NCBI GenBank assembly: GCA_951813855.1
Contig: OX638380.1
Coordinates: 3,934,518-3,998,517 of the forward strand
DNA length: 64,000 nt
From: an uncultured Verrucomicrobiae bacterium
GTDB lineage: Bacteria > Verrucomicrobiota > Verrucomicrobiia > Limisphaerales > AAA164-E04
Direction: 5' to 3'
Shown: piece after piece, positions 36,875 through 45,911 of the stretch
How the letters are laid out: each line of letters opens with the position of its first letter
Position numbering within the stretch: the first letter of the stretch is position 1
Notes under the pieces: model-generated
What the model was told of the DNA's origin: nothing
The model's input: the letters and a program-made list of their open reading frames with translations, nothing else
Database searches by the model: none
Position numbers and translations under genes: made by a program

Positions 36875-37981
36875 TCAATAACCCGCCGTAGCGGGAAGAC
36901 ATAGCTTCTCTCGCGAGACATAGTGCTTGGGAAGATTTCCCCGGCGACCGGTATCAACCTTGGAATGCCCAGCGACTAACAAAGTCGCCGCGGCATTCTG
37001 CGGTTGGTTCATCCAATCACGGAACACGTTCTTTTGCCAAGTCCGAACCGACCATTCGTTTTCGGACAGACGGCGTAATTTCCCTCGCAAGGTCTTAACT
37101 TCAGGGCATCGGTCCAAGCCCAGGATAATTCCCCATTCGCCCGGGGCTTCATAGCGGATAGCTTCAGGATTCCGAACCCTGGCCAAACTGAGAAAGGCGA
37201 GAAAATTCAAAATCGTCGTCACGCCGTAATAACCTTTCGAAAGCTTCAGATATTCGTGGACCCCATGATGCAATCCTTCTTGAATCAAGATCGGCAAGGC
37301 GGTTAGGACGCCACCGTTTTCCACGGCTTTATGGGCCTTGTCGAAAGGAGGCTTTGCCGCCGCCAATTTCCCCTTGGCAGCCAACTGACGCCCCATCACG
37401 TCATGAGTCGCACGACCTCTCGACGTCTGCTGGTCCTTGGTATTTCGTTCGGAACGTTCCGTGGCCTTAGCCAGCTTTTTCTCGGTTTCGAGAGCCTCCG
37501 TCTTCAAAGGCTTTGACGGCACTTGAATCAGTCCCGCTTTACAACCCAAATGAAAGGTGACCGGATTGATTCCCAGAACCTTGGCGGCACCGCGTTGACT
37601 CTTCCCCTCGGCTAGCAGTTGAATTCCTGATTCAATGATCTTTGGAGTCAGAACTGTGCGGCCTCGACCCGTTTTTTTTTCAAAGAAAGAAGCCATTCCC
37701 TTGGCACGGAATTGAGCCGAGGTAGACGACACCGTGTTTCGATGGACTCCAAACACTTCGGTCAAACGTTTCTGAGAAATCTTATTCATCACATGAAGCA
37801 TGCCAATGATCAGGCGCCGCGAAGCCTGGTCTTTATCGGCATGCTGAAATATCGGTTCCAAATCGGAAAAATAACAGGTCATGCCGTCTTGCGATGACAT
37901 CGCAATTTGGCCATCGATAACGATCGCATTTTGAGGCTGAGAATCGAAATTAAACGAGTTCCGTGATTCGCATTTGTGCAC
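36875..37981 (-). CDS. transposase N-terminal part (HTH domains), ends at an in-frame TGA
   Basis: 368 aa. HTH-like segments are RLTEVFGVHRNTVSS and GAAKVLGINPVTF. It ends ...PKHYVSREKLCLPATAGY-TGA. Confidence 0.8.
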   Translation of the reverse strand: MHKCESRNSFNFDSQPQNAIVIDGQIAMSSQDGMTCYFSDLEPIFQHADKDQASRRLIIGMLHVMNKISQKRLTEVFGVHRNTVSSTSAQFRAKGMASFFEKKTGRGRTVLTPKIIESGIQLLAEGKSQRGAAKVLGINPVTFHLGCKAGLIQVPSKPLKTEALETEKKLAKATERSERNTKDQQTSRGRATHDVMGRQLAAKGKLAAAKPPFDKAHKAVENGGVLTALPILIQEGLHHGVHEYLKLSKGYYGVTTILNFLAFLSLARVRNPEAIRYEAPGEWGIILGLDRCPEVKTLRGKLRRLSENEWSVRTWQKNVFRDWMNQPQNAAATLLVAGHSKVDTGRRGNLPKHYVSREKLCLPATAGY

Positions 37982-38099
37982 AATTTTATTATTAGCACAA
38001 AATTTCGAAATGTCAACCGCATTTTTCGAAAAAAGCTGATTTTATTGGCTTTTGATGAATTTTAATCGTTTCTATGGTTAGGTCATGTCAGGAAGTCTG

Positions 38100-39258
38100 A
38101 AGTTATCCGTACCGTGGGAGCGGCAATCACCGGAAGTGTTCATGGGACGATCGGAGGAACTCGAGATCGTAGATCGAAATTGCCGGCGAGCTATTGAACT
38201 TTGCCGGGAAGCTGAAATTGCGGCGGCCATACCATCGTTTTTTAGGGGGCTCCAGGGGCGGGAAAATCGGCGCTGCTACCACAGCTAGTCAAGCTTTGGG
38301 ACGGAAAAGAGGAGTATCCTCAGGTCTTAGAGATGGGTTCGGTAACTTTGAGGGATTCTACCGCCCTGGTCTGGGAGATTATAGCAAAGATCGCCCCGGA
38401 TAAGGCGAAGCAATTTCGCCAGAGAAACATCGCCCCGGCAAATCTTATTGGGGTATTCCATGGATCTCCCTTGGAGTATTCTCTGCTACCAGAGAGACTG
38501 AGGCGGGGGTAGTTTCTTTTTCCGTCTTGAAGGAGGTGAAACCGCTAGGGGAATGGATTCGATCGCTGTGCATCCTGGTGGACGAAATCCAATACATCGG
38601 GGAGGATCACCGGAACTGTCTTGAATTACTCCATCTCGGGGAGCACGGTTTGCCGATCGTCCCTATTACGCCGGACTGGGAGATTCCTCTTTGGCACTTG
38701 GGAAAGCCGGAGTTTCACGGTTGCAAAGCGTTAACGTTCTTAAAGTCGGCACTTTAGGTCCGGAGGAATGTGGTTCTTATGTAAAGCAGATGCTCGGCCT
38801 CTGTCGGATTCCTATGACCTCCGATGAATTGGATGAGGCGGCCACTGGGATCGCGAAGAGCTCGGATGGATTGCCGCAACATCCGATCTACGAGACCGTA
38901 GCCTTGTTTTGGGGGATTAAGCAAGCGGATTACGATTGGGCCGAGGTGGATTTTGCGGCGATCGAGAGCCGTGCCGCCGGTTACCGGGAAGATAGTTGTT
39001 GGGCCCGGCAGAGTCCGGAGACGGAAGAATGCTTGAATCTGGTTGCGGCGGTGATGGCCACTGTGCCTACGCAGTGAATGCTCAAAGGCGAAATCTTGGA
39101 GCTCATCGTACGCAAGGGTCAAGCACCGACAAAATTATGCGTAGGCTCTGGTGCCTGCCCGATGAAACGACTGCCGAACAGTTCCTGACGCATTTGCTCC
39201 GTCAGGGGGCGTTGCAATCGCGCTTGGGCGGCAATTGGGCTTGCCCGTTTCCCAGCTT
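38100..39258 (+). pseudogene. disrupted paralogue of the 33637..34896 ATPase
   Basis: About 85% nucleotide identity by eye. Homologous peptides lie in at least 4 different frames (SVPWERQSPEVFMGRSEELEIV; LCILVDEIQYIGEDHRNCLELLHLGEHGLPIVPI; LGPEECGSYVKQMLGLCRIP). The Walker A region is destroyed. The 5' end is cut by the IS, the 3' end by the 374-bp element, and the tail resumes at 39633..39695. Confidence 0.9.
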
Positions 39259-39632
39259 CAGACTTCCTGACCCGTGCTAAATTTGTTTTGTGCATAAATA
39301 TCAACTAGCAAGCTCGTAAATCATTTAAAGATCCTTGCCGGGATAAGTCTGGCTGAGGCATTCAACTCAGAAAATGATCCGGTAAGTGCTTGGTCTAGAC
39401 CATGGCTGCCGAGCCCCAGAACTTGAACCCGTAATGATATTGCCATTGATCATGGTCGGATTTTGAAGACTAAAATCCTTAGGAAGCGAACCTAGATACC
39501 CGGTTTTGCACACAAGCCTTATTCTAACACTTAATGCTAGAATAATCAATCGCTTATTTCTCAAAAACGGCGTATTTATTGGCTTTTAGTGAATTAAAAC
39601 TGTTTTGAGATTCGATCGTGTCAGGAAGTCTG
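39259..39632 (-). mobile_element. 374-bp non-autonomous (MITE-like) deletion derivative of the 35709..38099 IS type
   Basis: Has the same TIRs (CAGACTTCCTGAC at 39259, GTCAGGAAGTCTG at 39620). About 180 bp are homologous to the IS left end and about 190 bp to its right end, with no transposase. It is flanked by the 5-bp repeat AGCTT (39254..39258 and 39633..39637). The uninterrupted site in the intact paralogue reads CCCAGCTTGCGCAC. Confidence 0.88.
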
Positions 39633-40615
39633 AGCTTTCGCACTTGGTTGATTGATCTGGCACCAGAGGTGCAGAGCGACATGTCGACGAGTTAGCCGTC
39701 CGGAAATCTGAAACAATTTGATCGCTTTTCAAGAGGCGGAAAAAGCCTGCGTTAGCGGCAGCGTTCTTTATCGGTCGTTGGGAGGCGGTGGAATACGAAG
39801 ATGACGCAGGCAGGAATCTTATCAGCCTCGAATTTGGTCGTCGCTTGCTCTGGCTCTTTCGGATTCGTCGGAAGCGAATCGGGATTTGTCGGTGACGCTT
39901 TCGGCTGCGGCGGCGATCTGGTGCCGTAGCGACGGTCGAATCATCGTTCGCAGACATAACTGGTGTAACCGCCGGATTATTCGAGTACGGGCTGACTGGA
40001 CTTTCGGAACTAGCCGGGGCGTCGGATCGCAGATCGATTCGGTCGTCGGCATCTCATAAATCCCTACAGGAAGATTCGCTTTCGTTTTCCCTGGTCGCGA
40101 TGGAGACGGTTTGAACTGACGATTCGTTTCCAGCCGCCTGGCGGCGCAGGCCAAGACTACGGCAACTATTAAGGGGGAAGGGCAAAGCGACTTGGCTACG
40201 AAGATTGCGGACGGACAGGGATCCTGGCGAAGCCAAGATCGAAATGTGGAGTCGGCGTTAATTCGGATTGGTGCGATACAGGCCGAGGAGCGAGGCGTTG
40301 CGGTGACCGTTTGCCATGGGGTTCTCTAGGTGAGGGACCATCACGGCTAATAGTTTGCCGCGGTGTTGACGCCGTTGGAGATTCGGCGCTCGGTTGTCGC
40401 GAAGCGAGGCCGTTTTTGTTGGCCGGTTATCGACACCGATAAAAAACGACGCGGTTTAAATCCGGCGAAACGGTCACGGAGGAACCAACCGGATAGGGGG
40501 AAGAGGCGATTGTTGAATGGATCGTTCTCGCTGGTCCGGTAAAGCGAGAATCAAGGACGATAAAATCGAACGTCGAGAGTTCTGGGCCCGTTCGGTTCCG
40601 GGAAAGAGCCGGAGA

Positions 40616-40640
40616 GTTCGCTCCGTCGGACGGAGCGAAC
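40616..40640. promoter_or_regulatory. near-perfect palindrome in the long leader upstream of the LamG/TonB2 cluster
   Basis: The sequence is GTTCGCTCCGTC-G-GACGGAGCGAAC. A second GTTCGC-N13-GCGAAC inverted repeat lies at 40737..40761. Function is unknown. Confidence 0.25.
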
Positions 40641-40898
40641 GGCACCGATCAGGGTGGGGGCCGAAGCATCGTACCGACGGTAAATTTCTTTTAACCGGAG
40701 CCGGGAACCGAATCGACGGTCGCCCGGAGCCGAAGCGTTCGCCCAAGCGCCACGAGCGAACAGATTTCGCCGGCTCGGGTGCGGTGAGCGATCGAACGCC
40801 CGGGAATAAAGTTAAATATTAGGTCTTGCCAGGGTGAAGGCGACTTGTTAAACGTCCCTCCATCTTCAGCGGAAAACAACGGTCATAGGAGTGGAATC

Positions 40899-43601
40899 AT
40901 GGCACTAGAGAGTATCAAGACCAAGTTGCGGTTGTCCTTGGCAGTGGCGGCTATCGCCCTTGTGGCCGGTAGCGGGGAGACGGTTCGTGCTGACTTGAGC
41001 GAAGGGTTGGTTTCCTACTGGCCGATGGACGTGATCCAGGGGACGAGAACCCCGGACGTGATCAGTGGCTACCACATGGATTTGACCAATCTTACCGCGG
41101 AGGATTTGGTCGAGGGTTATCAGGGCATGGCCTTTTCTTTCGATAACGAACGGCAAACTCTGTTGTCGCGAGTTCACGCCGAGGGCGAGGATTTGCCGGC
41201 CAATCAACACGAGTCTTGGACGGTTAGCATCTGGGTCAAGGTTCAGGGCACCGGACAGAATGACTTGCGGATTTTTTCCGAGGGCAACACCGGGGACAGC
41301 AATCCGTTGTTTAATATGGGCACCCATAACGGCGGAGCTTCCGGGCAGTTGGATTTCTACATTCGTAACGGGGGGCCGGGTTGGCCGACGGTGGGCCATA
41401 TCTATACGGAGTTGGAACCGTTCGACGGCGAGTGGAGTCATATTGTCTTTGTCCAGGAGTTCGGGGAACGGTTGGTCTATATCGATGGCGAATTGGATAG
41501 TTTGGAAATCGGGCCGCAGCCGGAGGATGGCGAGTGGGCTTTAAACAACACTTCCATCGGCGGCATTCTCAGAGCTTCGGCCTCGCATTGGGTTACCGGC
41601 TTGTTGGACGAGACGGCGATCTGGAAGCGGGCGCTGACCGACGACGAAATCATCGAGTTGAATGAATCGGGCGTGCCGGCAGGAGGCGGTGAACCCGATC
41701 CTCTGGCAGTCGACTTGGTTTCCCACTGGCCGCTGGACGCGATTCAGGGAACGAAGACTCCGGACGTGGTCAGCGGCTACGATTTGGATTTGACCAACCT
41801 GTCCGCGGAGGATTTGGTCGAAGGTTATAAGGGAATGGCTTTCGCCTTCGACAACGGCCGGCAAACTCTGCTGTCTCGGGTGCACGAAGCCGACGAAGAT
41901 CTTCCGGCCAATCAGCACGATTCCTGGACGCTGAGCATTTGGGCTAATGTCGAGGGAACCGGACAGAACGATCTGCGGATCTTTTCCGAGGGCAGCACCG
42001 AGGACAGCAATCCGTTGTTCAATTTAGGCACGCATAACGGCGGAGCTTCCGGGCAGTTGGACTTCTACATTCGCAACGGCGGTCCCGGCTGGCCGACGGT
42101 TGGACATATTTATACGGAGTTGGAACCGTTCGACGGTCAGTGGAGTCATATCGCCTTCGTTGAAAACCAGGGAGAACGGTTGGTCTACATCGACGGCGAA
42201 TTGGACGGTCTGGAAATCGGACCGCGGCCGGAAGATGGCGAGTGGGGGTTGAACAACACGTCTATCGGCGGCATCCTTCGGGCTTCGGCTTCCCATTGGG
42301 TTACCGGGATGTTGGACGAACCGGCGATCTGGAAACGGGCGTTGAGCGACGAAGAAGTCCTCGAGGTGATGGAATCTGGAGTGCCGGCGGTAACCGGAGG
42401 TTCGTTGCCTTTGGCTATTCGCAGTTTCACCGCGGAATATCCGGCGGTTGTCAAAGGGGGCGAAGCGTTGTTGCGTTGGGACGCTAGCGCGGACGCCACT
42501 TTGAGTATCGATCACGGCGTGGGTGACGTGACCGCCATGTCGCAATTCGGGGTCGGCAGCACGAAGGTGAAACTCGACGCTACCAAGACCTTCATGTTGA
42601 CCGCGAAGCGCGGCACTCAGATGGTCACGGCCAGTCTCAAAGTAAGCGCCTTGGACGGTGTCGCCGACGGATGGCGCTTGATCGATAATTTCGATACTTG
42701 GGAACCCGGAAGTATCAACGGCATGGGCTCGTGGAAAAATCCCGTCGGTTCGGCGACGATCGTCGAAGGGCCCATGAGCCAAGCTTTGACCTTCCAGGCC
42801 GGGGAAGCGCTCAACGCGATCGAACTCAAATCCTACACCGTCAACGAAGGCGAGAAGGTCACCCTGTTCTTCCGGGCGTTCGTGGACCCCAAGGCCGATG
42901 CCGAGGGCTTGAGCCTTAACATCGGCTTGTCCGAGAAACCGATCCGGTTCGTCGGGGATTTCGACAACGACGTCGGGCCGTTCGTTCGGTTCGATAATTC
43001 GCAAGGTTTCGGTGTGGATGTGCAGGCGACTGACGGGGTGGGCGGAAGTCCCGAATGGGTCGGCGCCACTTTCGAACCGGACAAGACTTATAACGTTTGG
43101 CTCGATATCGATAATCGGTCGGTGGAAGACGGCGACCTTTTCAATATTCATGTCCAGGAAATCGGCGAAGACCGTATGACCGTGGTTGAGGAATATTTGT
43201 CGGACCGGAATCCGGCCGGTTCGACCGATTTGGGAGCCGTGGCGGAGGAATTGACTACGATCTTCACTGTCGCCTTTTCGGGAAGCGAGTCCGACGGTCT
43301 GGTGCAGTTCGATGATTTTTACTTGAGTCGGCCTGGACAGTTTCTGACCAGCGTGCCGATCGGAGTGGTGGCTACCGAGTTTCTGCCCGAAGAGCCTTCG
43401 GGACCGATTGGGGGAACCGGAGAAATCGACTTTGCGTACAGCGCGGCCGACGGGACGGTGACGGTGACTTTCGACGGTACGCTCTATCGCAGTATGAACG
43501 TGGCGGGCCCCTACGAGCCGGTCGCCGGAGCGGTGTCACCGCTGTCGATGAAGCTGGAAGAGTTGCCGGGCACGGCGGCATTTTTTATTGCCCGCCCTTG
43601 A
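40899..43601 (+). CDS. secreted protein with two tandem LamG (concanavalin-A-like lectin) domains plus a ~400-aa C-terminal region
   Basis: I prefer the ATG at 40899 (MALESIKTKLRLSLAVAAIALVAG signal peptide), which is preceded by AGGAG at 40887..40891. The listed ORF start at 40845 adds 18 non-signal residues. LamG_3-like motifs: LVGYWPLD-type openers, IWKRAL. Confidence 0.85.
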   Translation: MALESIKTKLRLSLAVAAIALVAGSGETVRADLSEGLVSYWPMDVIQGTRTPDVISGYHMDLTNLTAEDLVEGYQGMAFSFDNERQTLLSRVHAEGEDLPANQHESWTVSIWVKVQGTGQNDLRIFSEGNTGDSNPLFNMGTHNGGASGQLDFYIRNGGPGWPTVGHIYTELEPFDGEWSHIVFVQEFGERLVYIDGELDSLEIGPQPEDGEWALNNTSIGGILRASASHWVTGLLDETAIWKRALTDDEIIELNESGVPAGGGEPDPLAVDLVSHWPLDAIQGTKTPDVVSGYDLDLTNLSAEDLVEGYKGMAFAFDNGRQTLLSRVHEADEDLPANQHDSWTLSIWANVEGTGQNDLRIFSEGSTEDSNPLFNLGTHNGGASGQLDFYIRNGGPGWPTVGHIYTELEPFDGQWSHIAFVENQGERLVYIDGELDGLEIGPRPEDGEWGLNNTSIGGILRASASHWVTGMLDEPAIWKRALSDEEVLEVMESGVPAVTGGSLPLAIRSFTAEYPAVVKGGEALLRWDASADATLSIDHGVGDVTAMSQFGVGSTKVKLDATKTFMLTAKRGTQMVTASLKVSALDGVADGWRLIDNFDTWEPGSINGMGSWKNPVGSATIVEGPMSQALTFQAGEALNAIELKSYTVNEGEKVTLFFRAFVDPKADAEGLSLNIGLSEKPIRFVGDFDNDVGPFVRFDNSQGFGVDVQATDGVGGSPEWVGATFEPDKTYNVWLDIDNRSVEDGDLFNIHVQEIGEDRMTVVEEYLSDRNPAGSTDLGAVAEELTTIFTVAFSGSESDGLVQFDDFYLSRPGQFLTSVPIGVVATEFLPEEPSGPIGGTGEIDFAYSAADGTVTVTFDGTLYRSMNVAGPYEPVAGAVSPLSMKLEELPGTAAFFIARP
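40992..42389 (+). repeat. intragenic tandem duplication (units ~40992..41711 and 41712..42389)
   Basis: Residues 50-289 and 290-515 of the LamG protein are about 85% identical, with long identical runs such as NDLRIFSEG, THNGGASGQLDFYIRNGGPGWPTVGHIYTELEPFDG and NNTSIGGILRASASHWVTG. Confidence 0.9.
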
Positions 43602-43638
43602 CGATGATCGGAACCGACAATAGGTTGCCGCTTAACTC

Positions 43639-44409
43639 GTGAAGCTAGCCGTTACGACGGGAATCGCGTTGCTGATTGCGGTAACGGGAACCCAAGTGTT
43701 GCGGGGCCAGTCAGCGATCGAACGAGTTCGTTCGATCGTCGAGCAATGGGTGTCGGTGGAAAAAGCGATTTCCAGCGAGGCCCAGGCGTGGAAGGAAAAG
43801 GAGAGGTCTCTGCAGGATTTGATCGAACTCGGCCGGGTCGACCGCGACAACCTGAACCAACAAATCGTCGAATTCCAGGAGACGGCGACTGCCGCCGATG
43901 AGAAGCGCGCTGAGTTGGTAGCCCGGCAAAAGGAGTTGGACCAGAGCGCGGAGCAGGTCGTGGCCTTTCTGAATCAAATCGAACCCCGCTTGCGGCAACT
44001 GGAGATCAAATTGCCGACGCCGTTGCGAGAGAACTTGGCCGGACAGTTTCAAAAATTGCCGACCGCCGAGGACACTAGCTTGGACGTGGCGGAACGGATG
44101 CAAACTGTCGTCACCCTGTTGGTGGCTATTCAACGATTCGATCGGAGTGGGCTGACCGTTCACGCCGAGGTCAGGAAATTGAATGACGGTACCGAGGGCG
44201 AGGTGAAGACATTGTACGTCGGTTTGGGCACGGCCTATTATCTATCGGAATCCGACAATGACGCCGGGTACGGCATCGTCAATAGCCAGGGGTGGCAGTG
44301 GGAATCGAGCAAGGCCATCAGGGACGAAGTTCGGGAAGCCATCGAGATCGTCGAACTGAAGGCCTTGGAACCCAAGTTCATTCTGTTGCCGGTTAAGGGA
44401 ATTAAATGA
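43639..44409 (+). CDS. DUF3450-like periplasmic coiled-coil protein (TtpB position of TonB2-type systems)
   Basis: GTG start, signal peptide, coiled-coil body. It lies immediately upstream of the MotA/TolQ/ExbB-family genes with a 4-nt overlap. Confidence 0.7.
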   Translation: MKLAVTTGIALLIAVTGTQVLRGQSAIERVRSIVEQWVSVEKAISSEAQAWKEKERSLQDLIELGRVDRDNLNQQIVEFQETATAADEKRAELVARQKELDQSAEQVVAFLNQIEPRLRQLEIKLPTPLRENLAGQFQKLPTAEDTSLDVAERMQTVVTLLVAIQRFDRSGLTVHAEVRKLNDGTEGEVKTLYVGLGTAYYLSESDNDAGYGIVNSQGWQWESSKAIRDEVREAIEIVELKALEPKFILLPVKGIK

Positions 44410-45872
44410 GCGCGGCCACTATGCCAGGTAAATCTTCGGCCCAGGCATTCGGCACCAGGTGGTTGTTGCGGTGTTGTGCGATCGTGTTCGCGAGTGTGGC
44501 GGTAACGGCCGGGGCGCAAACCTTGGATCAGATCGGGGTCACTCATCAGGCTAATCTGGACGAATCGATCCAACGGCTGAACGCCCAACGGGAAACCATC
44601 CAAGCCGCTCAGATCCCGTTGGCCGAAGAATGGAACGAATTGCAGCGGGAGATTCAGGTGTTGCGTTCTTCGGTGCGCGAGCTTCAGGCGGTTCGGGACA
44701 GCCGGAGTTTGAGCCTCGAGGCATTGGAGAACCGCATCAACGACCGGCAGCGGGTGAACGATTTCATCGTTCGGGCGCTCTCGGGCGATTTCGTCTCGGC
44801 TTACGAAACGTTCCTGGGGATCGGGGAAATGAAAACCGAAGGCGAACTGATCCGGAATTATAATCGATTCCTGGAAGGCGCCGACGTCACCGAAATGCAG
44901 AAGTTGGAGCGGTTGTTCGCGTTGATCGAGTCCAGTGCCGATCGGATCGAAAACGTCATCGGCGGAAGACGGTACTCCGGTCAGGCGCTTAATGAAGCAG
45001 GACAATTGGTCGACGGGCAATTCGTTCAGATCGGCCCTTTGAGTTATTTCGCGGACGCTTCGGGGGAACATGCCGGCTGGATCATGGAGAGTCCGACGTT
45101 GCAACCTCAGATTTACCCTCTCCCCGGCGCGATGGGAGAGTCCATCGTCCAGGTCGTTCGGAGCGGGCAGGGCGATCTGCCGGTTGACCCTACCTTGGGC
45201 GATGCTGTCGCGGTGCGCGAGACCCGGGAAACCTGGGGCGAAAAATTGGGCAAGGGAGGCATCTGGGTTTACCCGATCATTTTCTTCGCATTGATTTCAA
45301 CCGTGGTGGTGATCATCAAGTCGGCGCAGATTTTCTTGATGGTGCGGCAGCTCAATCCGCTGGCGGTGCCGAAGGTAGTCCGGTTGTTGCGCGAAGGCAA
45401 GAAGGACGAAGCCAAGCAATTCGCCGAGGCGCAGAGCAAACCGGGGAACGAGTTGTTGAAGGTCGGGGTGGAGCATGCGGACGAACCGGTCGAATTGGTG
45501 GAGGAGTCTCTCCACGAAACGTTGCTGGGCATTCAGCCGAGGTTGGAACGGTTCGTTAATCTGATCGCCGTGACCGCGGCGACCGCACCCTTGTTGGGAC
45601 TATTGGGAACGGTGACCGGTATTATCAAGACGTTCAAATTGATGCAGCATTTCGGGGCGGGCGATCCCAAGCCCCTGATCACCGGAATTTCCGAGGCTTT
45701 GATCACTACCGAATTGGGCTTGATCCTGGCCATTCCCGCGCTTATCCTGCACGCATTGCTCTCCCGCAGGATCTCTGGCGTGATGGGGCATATGGAGCGC
45801 ATCAGTTTGGAATTCGTGAACCGATTGGAACGGGGACGTTCGCAGCTGGCAGAAGCCGGCACGGACAAGTAG
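44406..45872 (+). CDS. large MotA/TolQ/ExbB-family proton channel protein (TtpC-like)
   Basis: 488 aa. It has a long periplasmic N-terminal domain and a C-terminal MotA_ExbB core (PLLGLLGTVTGIIKTF...ISEALITTELGLILAIPALI). Confidence 0.85.
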   Translation: MSAATMPGKSSAQAFGTRWLLRCCAIVFASVAVTAGAQTLDQIGVTHQANLDESIQRLNAQRETIQAAQIPLAEEWNELQREIQVLRSSVRELQAVRDSRSLSLEALENRINDRQRVNDFIVRALSGDFVSAYETFLGIGEMKTEGELIRNYNRFLEGADVTEMQKLERLFALIESSADRIENVIGGRRYSGQALNEAGQLVDGQFVQIGPLSYFADASGEHAGWIMESPTLQPQIYPLPGAMGESIVQVVRSGQGDLPVDPTLGDAVAVRETRETWGEKLGKGGIWVYPIIFFALISTVVVIIKSAQIFLMVRQLNPLAVPKVVRLLREGKKDEAKQFAEAQSKPGNELLKVGVEHADEPVELVEESLHETLLGIQPRLERFVNLIAVTAATAPLLGLLGTVTGIIKTFKLMQHFGAGDPKPLITGISEALITTELGLILAIPALILHALLSRRISGVMGHMERISLEFVNRLERGRSQLAEAGTDK

Positions 45873-45911
45873 TTCCGGAACAGAGACTTAGCGTCTAAAG
45901 ACCAGGCGACC

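Larger units (their letters stand above)
35709..38099 (-). mobile_element. 2391-bp insertion sequence of a type I cannot classify
   Basis: Has perfect 13-bp TIRs, CAGACTTCCTGAC (35709..35721) and GTCAGGAAGTCTG (38087..38099). It is flanked by the 5-bp direct repeat AAGTT (35704..35708 and 38100..38104). It encodes the two collinear ORFs listed below. GC is lower than the backbone. Confidence 0.9.

Noticed and set aside
35709-38099. Idea that the IS plus the neighbouring P-loop ATPase form a Tn7/Mu/Tn5053-like transposon, based on the 5-bp TSD and a TniB/TnsC-like ATPase.
   Set aside because: The element ends are CAGAC...GTCTG rather than TG...CA. The TIRs enclose only the transposase. The ATPase lies outside the element and is itself the insertion target. 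I saw no rve-type motif. I kept it only as a question to test within the broader locus finding.
39586-40236. Minus-strand ORFs of 123, 110 and 60 aa downstream of the disrupted ATPase.
   Set aside because: The first lies partly in the sequence duplicated from downstream of the intact ATPase, where the equivalent frame is closed. The products are Arg/Ser-rich with no start context.
40992-42389. A repeat array that might be mistaken for a CRISPR or satellite.
   Set aside because: There are only two ~700-bp units, they are in frame, and they encode duplicated LamG domains. No short repeat-spacer structure occurs anywhere in the window.
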